The position numbers and the translations under genes are program-made. Below, piece after piece: positions 12,301 to 25,982 of a DNA stretch of 64,000 nt. The notes beneath the pieces were generated by a model. That model was given only the letters and a program-made list of their open reading frames with translations. It did no database searches and was not told the DNA's origin. Numbering within the stretch: the stretch's first letter is position 1; each line of letters starts with the position of its first letter. The DNA comes from Botryllus schlosseri (taxonomy: Eukaryota). Location: the NCBI GenBank assembly GCA_051294905.1, contig CM119386.1, positions 7,688,001-7,752,000 of the forward strand, in the 5' to 3' direction.

Positions 12301-15300
12301 GGCAGCACTTAGAGACTTCAGCCAAATAAAGACATGAACCTCCATCACCTTGAGAAAACGTGATTGTAAATATGACTGAAATATTGATGTCATTGATGTC
12401 AACATGGTTCACCAATGACATGATAATATCTCATTCTACTACGCATTGTTTTGGCCCATGATTACGGCCACCGTTCGCTATTTGAATGGAATGGAATTCT
12501 TGAGAGTGCAATGTCATGCTGCGTAAGTGCAGTAAAGTGTAATGTTGGGAACTTATGTGCTGGGAAAGTCCCATTATATCCACAGAAAGTCATAATATTA
12601 CCTTACGCTGCGATCAAAGTGTAAATAAATTTGATACATAAGCAAGGCTTTGAGTAATCGTCGCCCATGTCACCATGATTCAAAGTTGTATTGCTTTTGC
12701 AAAATACCTCATGATTCAGCTCGTGATGAGTGGCGTAATAGCTGAATGTGTGATTCTACCTGGTCATACTTCGTACCTTTGCTATAAGTGGTGGCGAATG
12801 ATGTAGCATTTCTGCGAGATCTGTCGACGCCTCAGAAACCCACCCATGGCCATCCTAAAGTATGTGTCACTGTGATTAGTTAGCAGCAAAAGTCCGCACA
12901 AAATCCCCAGATCCATTAGTCAACGAACAATCTTCGTGCGTGATTTCCACATCACAATAAGGCCATGGCAATTTTATCTGCCTCACCAGCGCTGAAAAAT
13001 CTATCCCCGAACATGCGATCATAACGGGTACAGACTGCTGACATTCTAACATTGAATAGTTTACTTATCACTAATTATTATAATGTTCCTGCGTCGGAAA
13101 ATGATAAATAGACGAAAGTGATAGGAATTCGGAGGGAATATATTTTCGGGTTTGGTATTATCGTCATTCTCTATGTTACATTGAACAGCGTAACCGTAAA
13201 AAACACTAACGAATAGCCTACTTCACAATCCACAAGACACTAAATCATCAAAAAGTAGCCGATTTCAATTTATCATGGTATTATGTTGGAGACACGTATG
13301 TTGTACTATGCAGTCGGCCAGTAAATGTTCTCTAAACTTCTCACGGTGATCGACTGATGCTTACACCGGGATGCCTAGGAATGACTCGCAGCAACCCAGC
13401 ATCGGAGAATCGTGGATGTTAGCGATCATATAAGTTATGTGACTACGTTTCATGAATCTGGGAATATATAACCGAAAACCACTCTCAATGGTAGTAACTC
13501 TATTACGCCTGATCCCTTTCGACGGAATATCACCATTGTGATCTCTTTGCTGACAAATATAAATTGTTCCGGTTGGAAGCGAATGAATCATTTCCGGATG
13601 GTTCCACTTTCGAGTGGGAACACTGACGCGGCGTGTCTGGCCGAGAAACAACGTTGCTTGGGATCAAACCCAATTCCCGAGAAATTACGCAGTAGAAATA
13701 TTCGCACAATAGGATGGTTATAATCACCGGTATAGTTTTGTATAAATTACCGATCTGTCGTCAACGTCTCTATGGAGATTTCAAATCGAGACAATATGTC
13801 ATTTGCCAAATGTTGCTTTGAATGTATATAGCGATGATATTACCTTCACCCCTTCACCAGTGATATGGAATTCTAAACCATGGATCATAAGTATCAATAT
13901 TAAAATATGTCGGCTACTTACAAGTTGAAACCGGCGTGCTGGTCTTTTACCCGCAGGATACCTTATTGTGAGACCAGGGATATTTGTACCAAATACTCTA
14001 GTATGCTTCAGTACCCACAGAAGTTCGCAACCATAATAACCTCGGGTATCATCTATAATCTATATTCTGTACTTGTACTGCGTACATACCGGGAAAATCA
14101 AACTTCCACGTGCCTTTGTCTTTTGATGAGCAATGCGGATCGCGGATGGAAAGACTGAAAACTGTTTTTGGAATAACCCGTCAGTTTTCAGCGCTGACTT
14201 CCTTTTCGTAGAACATTTAAAATATATCTAATACTCAGAACGGCGGAAGCATATTTCATAAACTGAATAGCAACCTATAAGATGACTGTATTCCATGCCA
14301 TGACTCTTCATCCAAATCATTGTATACGGCAAACGCGATTTTGCATAAATGAATCCAATAGGTCGTAGCCATGTTCTCCGGACCTTTCACTCGACGTGGC
14401 GTGTTATATTTAAATTATCCATATTTAATTCAGAGGTTCCTGACCTTCTTTTTGCACAACCCAAAATAGGATTCGTAAGAACGGTGGCGACCAACGATCA
14501 CGAGGTCACAATGAAAAACAAACTTCCTAGCTTCCATACTCGAAACTAGCCCACAAAAAGGACTTGCTGCAAAATGACCGGAAATTTCGTAATCGATAAT
14601 ATTCTGGCGCCGAAATGGCTGAGACCGAATACTGATGTACACCTTATTTACAACTGCCAGATCCGATAAACCCTATTTTTAGGTATGCGGTCTGAAACGA
14701 CAGCACAGACTGCACGCGCATATTGCTACAGACCAAGACTATAGGCTAGTTTCAACTAAATTGGACTCAAACTGTCCCGACGACATATATCTGAATAACC
14801 TACTCTTCAAAATGTGACAGAAATCGACAGACCGCCGGAAAGTCGTCCGGCTGAATGTCTAAAGGCATCCTGATGTGGTGATTGACTGCGTTATCATATT
14901 TCCATGCGACTACAGTGCCAACCATTTTGGCTGAGTTGATACGAAGATCTCAGCAGCAGCACCTTTCGAATTGACGGAGGTTTATCTGCCCCCCCCCCCC
15001 CCCCTGCGTCGAAAGGCCATGTGAAGGACGCATACGTGGAAGCGAATGAAACGAGCGAGGAAAGCGTCAAAAGACAATCAGCCGAAAGATATGGATCGAA
15101 AAATATTGCATCGGGTATTAAGACCTAGGTGGATGTCAGACATATATACCATATGTGGTCGTTTCGACGATCTGTTCATCACATTGCATTATATAAACGT
15201 ACATTGTGTACCTTTAGCGGATAAAATCAGTAATATACACGAATTATAATTATTATCAGACATGACTTGTGTTCTCTTTATTTGAGCTGAATGCTCAAAA

Positions 15301-16028
15301 TGTTGGTATCAGTTCGTCAAGATAAATGCATAAACCAGCGGTAAACCTTAGGCCGCGGGCTTGTCATGTCGTAGTATAGCTATCACGTCATTTATGGACT
15401 TAAATTCGATACCACGTGATTTGGTGGCCAGCGCCCCTGCTTTCGTCATCTAAAAGTGCTTTTCGATTTTCAATATCGACAACGCCGAAAATTCCTTCGA
15501 ATTGCGTTTGAAGAGTTACGTATAGAAGTTCGGTACAGGCCATCGTCATGCGAAGTTTGATCAAGTCCTCTGTAACGTATAATTCACTCCCGCATGAGTT
15601 GAAGGACACTGGTTCATTCACGGATTTGTCGCGTGTACGAGTCCATGGTACGAATTACGACAAATGTTACCTCATCGTACCATGTCAATTCCTTGAATGC
15701 AGCGATGCAGCCTGCTCTGCAGTACAAAATATAAAGATACCTCAAATTCTATCAAATATGTTCATCTCATTTGATCGACATAATTCCACAATGAATAAGG
15801 AGTCGCAAACGAAATTAATAGTTAGAAGTCATATGCCTAGGAGACTAAATAACACCCCCTGGCGTAAAAGTCGCATATGTCAAACGCCCAAAGGAATACA
15901 AATAAAGGTTACAGTGAAGAGAAGTGAAATGTTTTGCTAAAGTTCGATATCATTTTAGTTACATGTTGAAAAATATCTCTCTCCAAGACTGGATGTTTCG
16001 CCACTGCCTCGAGGGATAGGTCGAATGG

Positions 16029-16577
16029 AAACTAGAAATCGCCAAGTTTATGTATCAGTTTCACTGCGGTCGTTGCCCCGAATATTTCAATGACTTCTTT
16101 ACCTCTGAATCAAAAGCGCACAAGTACAACACACGCGCGTCCACGTCGTCCAAATATCAAATGATCGACCGAAAAGATCATCGCTCCATCAAATATGCCG
16201 GACCTGATGTGTGGAACAGTATCCCGCCGGCCATCCGACAGTCGACGAGCATATCCACATTCAAGTCGAAATACAAGCAATTATTACTAAATAAATACAG
16301 TCCATCCTCAAGATTACCGGACCACGACTGACCTATCGATCTCGCTTCCCATGACATGCCGCCCTATTTCTTGTCGCATTCTTTTTCTATACTATCTTCT
16401 TCACTTTCATTCAGTGTGCATGCCTCCTCTTTACATCGCCTAGGCCAAGGTGGGTGTCAGATTCCATAGACTACACCTTGTCGCTTCGACATCTTCCTGT
16501 CTTTTCATTGTATCGCATTTTTGTGTTGTATTGAACTGATAAAATTGCTGATAAACCAATGATCATGATGATGATGA
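16029..16577 (+). mobile_element. 5'-truncated L2/Crack-type LINE: ORF2 C-terminus, 3' UTR and (ATG)n tail
   Basis: KLEIAKFMYQFHCGRCP..HKYNTR..SIKYAGPDVWNSIPPAIRQSTSISTFKSKYKQLLL is a typical L2/CR1-group ORF2 end; it is followed by a UTR and ATGATCATGATGATGATG. Confidence 0.9.
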
Positions 16578-17225
16578 GTGGGGCACGCCTATGATACGCG
16601 CTTTTTGTGTTCTCTCCAGCCGGCGCTTGCTCCAGAATATGTGACTAACAGTCTTTTTGCGGGTAGGTATATATGTAGGCCTACAAAAAAGTAACATCGT
16701 GGCTATGGTATGATTTCACAGAGTAGCGAGGTTATGAGTACTCGTTCTGTAATTCGGTATTAATGCAAACCCGAGGCCATCAAAACAATTAGCCGTTACG
16801 CTCCACGAAAGTTACCATAATGATTCACCTCTTTCATTGTTTCGTCGCAATCACAGCAAAGCAGCGAAACAATGCAACCAGCAACTTGTGGGCGTATACG
16901 TCTTCGAAAAAAACGTGACTCTCACAAACAGATGGACTTCCGCTGTCACGCGCGTTACTGCAAGAGTGGGACAATGTGCATGGAGACCGGTCCTCGTGAG
17001 GGTATTGACACAGAGATAAAACCGGGCGGGTCACGACCAGGTGAGTATTGAACGAAAGTATTTAACCTGCCCGTTACGTGGAGGAGCTCGTTTAAATATT
17101 TTTTCAATTACTTTGCTCATGGGTCGTGAACTCATTTACTTCCGGGTTGTCGCAAGCTTGTCTTGCATCGGCCTGTAGCTCTTGAATGTGCCCTTCTTAA
17201 ACCAGCCTGGGTGGATCGACTAAAG

Positions 17226-17290
17226 CAGTGGTTCTCAAGCACCGGTCCGTGGCAAACTTCCTGCCGGTCCGCCAAATACCGCCAAGTGTT
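17226..17290. mobile_element. Solo hAT-like terminus
   Basis: CAGTGGTTCTCAAGCACCGGTCCGTGG..CCGGTCCG resembles Charlie-type left ends; no partner end found. Confidence 0.4.
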
Positions 17291-19909
17291 GTACGAAACT
17301 GTCGAAAAGTAGCCTACCACTCGTTTCGGACAAGTTATGGGTGAAAGCTACATAGACTTAAACGAACTTCGTGAAGTTCCGACAATGTAATCAAGCACGC
17401 GACAATTGGCGGTAGTTAGAGGCTATAGCAAATGCAAAGTCGCGTTTCGTTCGAAGGATACCGGACAATGCGACTTGCCGAAACTTCAGTAGAACAACGT
17501 ATAAATATCTAGCTTGTACCAAAATGGCAGCATTAGATGAAGTTTCCAATATTTCGCTTGAGTTGCACAGACATTTCGTAATTAATTTTAGGGTTAATTT
17601 TGGTCACCGGTCCGCAGCATTTGCTTTGCTTTCGCATACCTACCAAAATAGTACACTGTACAGTGTACACTGTAGTGTACAGTGTACATTTCTACAAGCA
17701 TATATGCTACTAATATAAGTTATGCAGATAAACTGATTACTCATATTCATACAACTGATACAAGTGTCTAAGCTCAATGGGTAATGCACTATCGGGGAGG
17801 TTTTATGCTCTCCATGCAGCAATATTTCTGGTGAATTGAATACAAATGTCAAGATTAATTTAGGTGTTACATTTCATGTGGAAGCTGCAGAACAATGTCT
17901 GGTAAGGTGGTTGTGATATCGACTGACGCTGCCGCGGTAAATGAATCGCATGGCAGGCGGTGGCAGGTAGCTGTCAGAGTTGATGCAGATGAGCATTAGC
18001 AATTACTCATCTGCAAGGTTGCAAGGCTGATAACGTAAAGTTTTGTTGTGTAGAATTGAAAATAATTTCAGCTTAAGTTGGTATAAATTTCGCTTCGCAA
18101 CTTGAACATATGGGTCGTAGACCTTGTGTAGCTGGAAATTCATTTGCCTCACGTGGTCTCACGCGTAACTTTGCGTACATATTTTGCGTACCGCCGTCAC
18201 TGACGGCGAAGGCTCAGTATCGGGTATATTTGCGGGATGTGCTACAACTCTTTTGAATTCGCAAATCACCTTCGGGCAACGAATACTGCCAAGCCTTCCT
18301 GAGAGCATTAAAGACATTTCGCGTGCGTCAGCCAAACAGGCTTCCAGGCTATTATCAAACGCGTTTTTCCACAATAAAATATGTGCGCGTTCGCATGCGG
18401 TTTGGCAGCAAGCCTATGTGTTTTTTAGGTCAAACGAAGTTTGTTTATGCGATGTGCGGAGTGCCGCATGCAATTCTCTGTGGCCTCGATGTTCGTGATG
18501 GCAGTTCGCGCCATGTTCAACGGACGTGACGACCGTGCTGCCTCGTATAGCGAGTAGCGAGCACGCGCTCACGAAGTCGTGAGCCTTCTGTTAGTCAATT
18601 CATAACAGTTCGATGTTTTCAATACAAAACATTCGTAGTAGCGGCGTCTATATGAAAATGTCTGAAGAAGGATTTGGCTTCGCAGCATAAAATACCGATG
18701 CAAAACTGGGATCGGTGAGGACTGGCCTGCCCATCCCGCGCACTGGATGGAAATATTTTACGAGTTTACTGGGAAAGGCACTTGAACCGAAATATTGCAT
18801 ATATGAACCTTATAAATTCTGAACGGCTGCGGTGTGCTAAATACGGCCCGCGGAGAAACCATTTGCGGTCCACGGTGCAAATTTTGAATTGTGTGCGGCC
18901 CGCAAATGTGGTTTTCTTATTTAACTTGGTGTGGAACGTTTAAGCTGAGCTCAAGTGGGATAAATGGAGAGCAAAATTGCTAAAATATGCATAATGGCAT
19001 ATACTTACTTCACACTTGAATATTCCTTACACGTTACAATCATTACCTGATGTTTTTCGCTCTTTGCGCGATTCCCATTCAGCTATCTAGGATTCGTATG
19101 TATGAGCCTAAAAATCATGGTTTTGAAGGCGTACTTGATTTTGGGTTTCAATTTTGAAGTTGGAATGGAGACTCGATTCCTCTCGGAATAATAAACCGAG
19201 GGCACCGGACGTGCGAAGCGATTGTGTCTACCATATGCGGTTGGATTGCTACATGTCCTAATATCATTAGTATCCCGGTGCCCTCTACTTTAAACAAAGG
19301 TCTTTGTTCGTTCGTTTGAAATTTGAACAGTGCCAACACGAACTATGAGTTTTGCGGCTCCTACTTTTCGTTCATTTTGGGGATGGTTTGTGGGTGCTCT
19401 TCCGTTGGAAATGGCCAAGAAATGTTACTAATAACGAAGGATTTAATCAACCGAACGAGTTCATTATGCTACCCTGATGAATAAATAGATCACAAATAAG
19501 ACGCGCGAGAGGAAAATAATAGCAGGGGCGGAAGCATCTGCATTCTGCATGGAAGCAGCAGCTCAGTCCTAGCTTGTAGGATGTCAGGAGAAATGCCTGA
19601 ACACAGTAAAACCCGCAAAATCTGCAATGATACGTACATGTAAGATATCGAGGAAACTTGTAAAAGTGATTCATGTGCATTGTGCAGTGTGCACTTGTGC
19701 GGGTGTATTGTCCATGCGCAACCTTCCATGTCACGATACGGATAATATCATATGCAACAGTACGCGAAATCCAAAAAAGTTAACGCGAAACCTCAAGACC
19801 AATACACTAACATGAATGTTTCTCTTCTATTGATTTGTGGGTATGCACTTCTCGGTAAATCATCATTCATCACCACTCAAGGTTATTATTGGATCCAGGC
19901 ATGGATCCG

Positions 19910-20185
19910 TGTGTTTTTGTTTTGTGGTATTCATGGTGTTTGTCAACTACTATGGTCATTTACACCAGGTCGATATACTTCATTATTTTCCGTAACTACC
20001 GACTTATAGCAGGGCCCACCTCTAGGCTTTTTGTAAGACACCGCTTACGCGGATGAGATTGCGAGGAGGAGCCTAGGTAAACCTCCAACACTTGGGTATC
20101 GGAATTCTGAAGTCGACCTCGGTTGGACTCGAACCCGCACCCATTGGTGTTGCAGCCGCGGATTATACCACTGCGTGTGTGCAAA
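19910..20185 (-). mobile_element. tRNA-derived SINE, copy 2 (best preserved)
   Basis: Minus strand ..CGCAGTGGTATAATCC..GGGTTCGAGTCC.. with a perfect B box GGTTCGAGTCC at 20125-20135; body CGTAAGCGGTGTCTTACAAAAAGCC; 3' CCTGGTGTAAATGACC..ATGAATACCACAAAACAAAAAC. Confidence 0.9.
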
Positions 20186-23100
20186 CTCCTTGGTGACAGT
20201 CCATGGAGCTATATCGAGTAAATTCCATAAGCTGGGTTCTATGGGACCCCAGGGGTTCGGTGAGTCGGTTTCTGGGATGCGCGGATTTGGTGTTGCCTAC
20301 TCATTAATTTGCGACGTCACGCTCTGCTGGTTGGGCATCATTGTCTTAAGGCTTAAGCTGATCATGTCATATCAATGCTGGGCACAAGTCGGTCCACCAT
20401 ACGACGTCTGGCTCATTTCTGGCATCTTCTCAAAGATGCAAGTTGTGAACTTCGCCAAATAGCTAAAACTCTGACCAAGCAATCGATACTAGTCGTCTAC
20501 ATCCCATTGCTTCGTCGCATGGTGATTGTTTGGAACAATGCCAAATTTGTGTTCGTGGGCGTTCTATAGATTTTCAGAATTAGTGTGACGCAGTGTAAAT
20601 AAATATATGGAAAATAGGTGTATGTACCAGATTGCCGCCATTGCGTCGTATGCAGAATCAGGACTTCGGCACTTTCTTTTACTAAATTTTGCTCGCACTC
20701 AGCATTCCTATGGCCATGGGTGAACACTGAACAGTGAACATAAGTCAAATACGCCTATCGTCAAAGGGTATATATCTAAGGAGTGTAGTGGGTTCTGTTT
20801 ACGCATGACCTACTACGTAGGCCTTGGTTTACGTATACCATATTCTGTGCCTCCTTGGGCTGGTACACACACAACAAACTCCACCCCTGCGATATAATTG
20901 ATGAATTTGACTAGATTCCACTCGATCGAATGGGTGTGGAAGGAAACTTTTGTACCATAAAGCGCAGTTTACCTGACTTGCATCTTAATTGGTATAGGTT
21001 CCGTATATTAATATTATGGTAGTTATGTATCGTCTTATGGAAAGGATTACGCGCGATAGCTTGAGTCTAGACCAAGATTTCCCTCACATATCACTTTTCA
21101 GGCCAGAAATTACATTTCTCCCCACCAGAAAATAGAAATCGTGACAATTTCGTCTCTGAGGTATGCTTAGTTCCGGATATCAGGATACTCCGGGACCGGT
21201 GTTACCTAGTTGTGGGTTAACAGTCACCTTCAAAGCTGTATAACGATTTTGAAATCTTGTTAAGTCCCGTTATCGGAATTATTACAGGATGTAAGTGTTT
21301 ACGCTTCGCTACAAACGGTACAATGCTCACAATTTATTTAGAGAATAGATCGCCAAATACGGAAAACGGTTATACGATGAATAATAATCTTAGTGCGATC
21401 GCAATTACGCAACCGCCCGTGCCTTCAACGTAATGACTCTTTCCAGGTCTCCTTTATTTCATCGAAAACGCCCACACGGCTCTCTGGTATCGAGCAAATA
21501 TGTTTTCAGCATTTGAGTGTCCTATTTTACAGCGCGCGGTTGGAAAACACAATTAACGACGCAGAAACCGGTGGGCAGGGTCTCATTGAAGGAAGGTAGA
21601 CATCCGTGATCGCGGCAACTTGAGGAAATTCCCTAATGAAGTTTCCTTACTGTGTTATTGAGCACCAAACTCCGATTACATCCATATCGTCTCGTTTGCG
21701 AAACATTTGCGAAATCTACCGAGACTATAGCGTTTCTCATTTGTTGCCTTGTTAGTCACCTTTTCATCTATTACATAACAGTGTAGTGATGCTAAGGAAA
21801 GATAACAAAACTGATTCAACGATAATATAGCTAAATGGTACACTTCAATCTTAGCAAGGGTGCAAATCGAGTGGGCATGTAACGTATAATTTACGGAATC
21901 GATCACAAAATATAATACCATGCACTGAATGTGCACAGGCTCACCATTCATTGCACACGACACGACGCTAGCACAGGTACGCTGTGTTCTCTTCAGCAAT
22001 CACGGAGCAACTCTGCAGGAAGTAGCGTCATATCCGTAACGGCTGAAACGCGAATGATTTTTACATCTAATATTTGTTTTGTCGGCGTGATCATATAGCA
22101 TTGAAGCAGAATCGTCCCGGCGTGATTGTGGAATCTGATACACTTTCCAACATTATGCAGTAATTCGAAAGCAAGATAACTGTACTTGCGGCATGGTATT
22201 CGAATTAGCAAGTTGGATGTTATGTCTTATGTAACCTACTTCATATCGTTAACCGGGTTACGATTTACAAACATTAGTTAGCCGTGTATAGAGATTGTAG
22301 ATCTGTGTTAAAAGGCTAAACGCTGTTTCCGCTACTAAGCAAGCGGATTTGATTCGACAAGCAGTGCCTTCGTACACCATGTTACATACAGCCTGCTATA
22401 TACAAATAGGATGTGGTTATTTTCATTATCTCCATTAATGTCAGCCCATAACAATGGTTTTTATAATCTTTGTTGCCGATGAAGAGCGGCTACAAACTAC
22501 CATTCTTTACCCTAGCATCACGCGTGAGAGTTGAGACCCACGTAAGGATAAGTTTAGGCATATCAATTATTATTTGTTGTAACATGTACATCTCAGGAAT
22601 CATAGACAATATCGTCCTGATGTAAAATAACTATACATGTCGAAACTCCATGAATTCTAAACTCCATGAATTCTAAACAATAAACGAAATACTAATAAAT
22701 CTAATTGAGACAGGGATATCTAGATATCCATGAATTCAGAAATGACCGTTTAGTGTTCTGATGAATTTCACGCCTCTAAAAGCACAACTCAGATATAACA
22801 ACCATTAGAAATCTCTCTAATCACAAAGTCTCACATATCTGCCTTAAAATTATGGAGGGAAAAGATCGTGTTCTGTGAGTGACCCTTTACCTCTCGTGTC
22901 TCGTTTAGTCTCAAAATCAAGATTACTGGGGCTCTTATACTGAAAATGCGATCATTCGATAGTAATTTAGAATTTCGATATCAGACATCAGAACTTTTCA
23001 TATCGTGGTCCACTGCAAACCCATTTATGGGTCGAACGGGTCACCGTCGACTAGCAGAGGCGGAGTAAGAAAAACGTTTACTCTTTGATATTTCGAAGAG

Positions 23101-23431
23101 TCCTTTCACCCTTTCGTCTTGTACCATGTGACCTGCTTCAAGATATTAGCAGAATGTACATATGCCGTGCAGACAATATATTTATACATCTTTTGGATAC
23201 ATGCGTGTTTAATTGATTATAAATCTATGTTCCTTATACTATGTTGACTATCAGTAAAATTGATCGTGATAAATTTGTGTATAAGAGCCGCGTAGCAAGT
23301 ACAACCCGTTTCCAATCACCGGTAAACATAAATATCGGTACGACGGTACCTACTTCATTCATAATCCTTCTCTACGAATAGGTTTTTAATGGCATACTTC
23401 CCGAACGTTTATGAATGCTTTTTGAAAATGG

Positions 23432-24377
23432 TTGATTATATCCCCATTGGATGGCTCGCATTGTGCGCTGTGTATGGAATGCGGAGCGTTGCATCCAAAG
23501 TCCGATTGTATGGCCCGCATCACAATGTATATCGATGCCGCGGAAGCTGGAGTTTTTCCTTCGCGCGCGGCCAGCCAAAGACGCCATGAATGTCCTAAGG
23601 TCGAGATTACCTTTTCCTTCCAGCATTCAAAATTCCCGCAGCTGGTAACACTTCCCTCGGCAACCTATTTTGGATATGAATCGAGAAACGGCGGGCTGGC
23701 TCCATTCAATGGATATTCAGTGGCCGGAAATCTCCTGCGAAATGCGCTCGATCTGAATGCGCCGTATTCAATGCCTTCATTGGCTTCGATTTTAGACTTT
23801 TTGGGATGGACCAATCGGCGGAAAGCATCGCGCTCTATTAAACGTTTCTCATTTTATCATCAGTCACTTCGCAGCGTCCGGGATCTGTTGAATGTGTCGC
23901 CCGCTGTTAAAATTGAACACGATGCCGCATTCAACTCGGATTGCCGCCGAAATGCGTTCGCGTTTTTTTAGACGTGCAAAATACTTGTATTTGTATGAGC
24001 TGCAGCGACTGCATCGTGAGCTACGAACTTTGTACAGGCGGCACGATGCCTGGTTCAATGCAGCTATATTTCAAATGGGCCATTATCTATTATCGCTTGG
24101 CGGCATCGAAGAAGTGGTAAATATCTCACCTTGCCAGATTGACTTTTATGCATCTGCTTCTGCGTATACCTCATTTTTCATGGGCATCTGTTTTTGTCTT
24201 TGCTCACGATTGCACATTCGTACATTTGCGCATTCGTACGTACGGTATGAAGCAAGCAATTTTCTGTTCTGTATGAGCCCTACATCCTCGCCCGAGAATA
24301 TCAGTATCATTTGCATAATCCTTTTCCATACCATATCAGCCAGACAGGGACAGAAGGTTCATTTCAATGTGACATAA
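23432..24377 (+). pseudogene. Putative intronless gene/pseudogene of unknown family (two ORFs joinable by removing one T in a T7 run)
   Basis: ORF 23432..23971 (179 aa) and ORF 23892..24377 (161 aa) overlap; deleting one T near 23963-23969 gives ..CRRNAFAFFRRAKYLYLYELQRLH..; short motifs shared with other decayed patches; no recognisable domain. Confidence 0.35.
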
Positions 24378-25055
24378 CTTCACAGAATGCATCTTCCTTA
24401 GTAAATGTGCGTCCTCCATTTTCATACTTAGCCTACATGAAGTGCAATCACCATGCTTGGGACGCCAACAGCGCAAAAGTCATTATGATGACTCGGACTA
24501 CATCGGTGCACCGAATTCGTTTACAGTATATGCAAACTGATTTCGACCTCTTGTGCTGTTTTTCAAGATGCAATGTGCGCATTTTTTCTAACTTGTGGTT
24601 TCTAATTTGGTCGGATACAAGTTGCTGACCGATTCCTTGATAGAAGTAATCGCAACCAATGAGTCCCATGGTTCAAGAATCTTGGTCTGCGAAGAGATGC
24701 TTTTCAATAATTTCAACATGGTTTAAATTTGCTCGTGCTGACGGGCATCAACTTTGGACATTTTTGTCCGGATAGCAGTGGCTTGTAAATGTTGGGTGGT
24801 AACTATTGTCCTTCTAAATTGATTGCGATAGATCTTTAGTATTAACCAATAACAAATGATTTACCTGAATGTATGTAGGGTATCTGTAATTAGTTCTATA
24901 TTTTCGTATTATGTGCTCGAGTAACTTGGATTAGAATTTAAAATGTTAAAATCATTGCTATAGCGTATAGTGTTTGGGCTCATTTCGCCACCGATATGAA
25001 GAATAACATTGTCCACTCTGTGGACACCATTATGAAATTTTGATAGTGTGCAGAA

Positions 25056-25982
25056 CAGTGGTTCCCAAACGGTGGGGAATTCCCCACTGGTGGGGAATTC
25101 AATGGTTTCTGGTGGGGAATAGACGGGTTTGTTCAAAATTATCTTCAGGGCAGTCTTCATATTCACGAAGACACATGCGCAATTACCGTTTTCAGTTAAC
25201 TTTTTTGGAAATTTATGTCACCTATTCAATTTTTTTTTTGCACAGCGCGCGCGATTTCATATTGCCTAATATTTAGATTATTGGGTACCCTTTCCCCACA
25301 AAAATACGTAGAATTTATAGAAATGGAGACTTCGGCGTCGGCCATTACTGCGCCACGACGCACCAATACATATGAAGTTATAGGCCATGTAACATGCGAC
25401 GCCGAGAGGTATGTGCCAGAACGATAAGCAGAGAGAAGATCTTGGCCGAGAGGGAATGCCCTTGTGGTGACCGAAATCTTCGATATATATACAATGTACA
25501 TATGTTTATAGGCGGCTAAATAGCTGGCGCCGAATGTTTCTGTCCTGGCGATCTGAACCCCACAGGACAAATGCCATCCCGCAGGGAAAAAATTATTTGC
25601 CAGCAAAGCAATACCTATTTGAAATCGTGTGTGCCTTTTAGTTTTGGCGATTTCAATATCTTTTGACATAGGAGTTCACGAAACAGCATCATGTAACGAA
25701 GTCAATATATCAACGGGTCAGCCCGAAGATGTTCAATTCATATTTAGGGGTCCTACCTTTTCCAACACACCTCACTCAGCTCTACCGGTAAATCTGATTA
25801 CGTGAGAAGAGAGGGGATAAAAAATTGATAGCAAAATATATACAATTCCCGATCATATTGACCGATTCAAACATGAATTATATAAATTTTTCGCGCTTCG
25901 CGCGTTTACGGTCCTGGTGGGGAATGAAGGCTCGGAATAAATCTGAAGTGGGGAATGAAAACAAAAAGGTTGGGAACCACTG
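25056..25982. mobile_element. Non-autonomous hAT (Charlie-like) element
   Basis: TIR CAGTGGTTCCCAAAC / GGTTGGGAACCACTG; subterminal GGTGGGGAAT repeats; degenerate TSD GTGCAGAA / GTGTAGAT (6/8). Confidence 0.85.

Noticed and set aside
14989-15004. C16 homopolymer
   Set aside because: Similar G/C runs occur inside local MITEs; length is unreliable and no function is inferable
20110-20185. tRNA-like sequence
   Set aside because: It is the head of a dispersed SINE with imperfect stems, not a tRNA gene
22643-22674. 16-bp tandem duplication AAACTCCATGAATTCT x2
   Set aside because: Ordinary slippage duplication with no further structure
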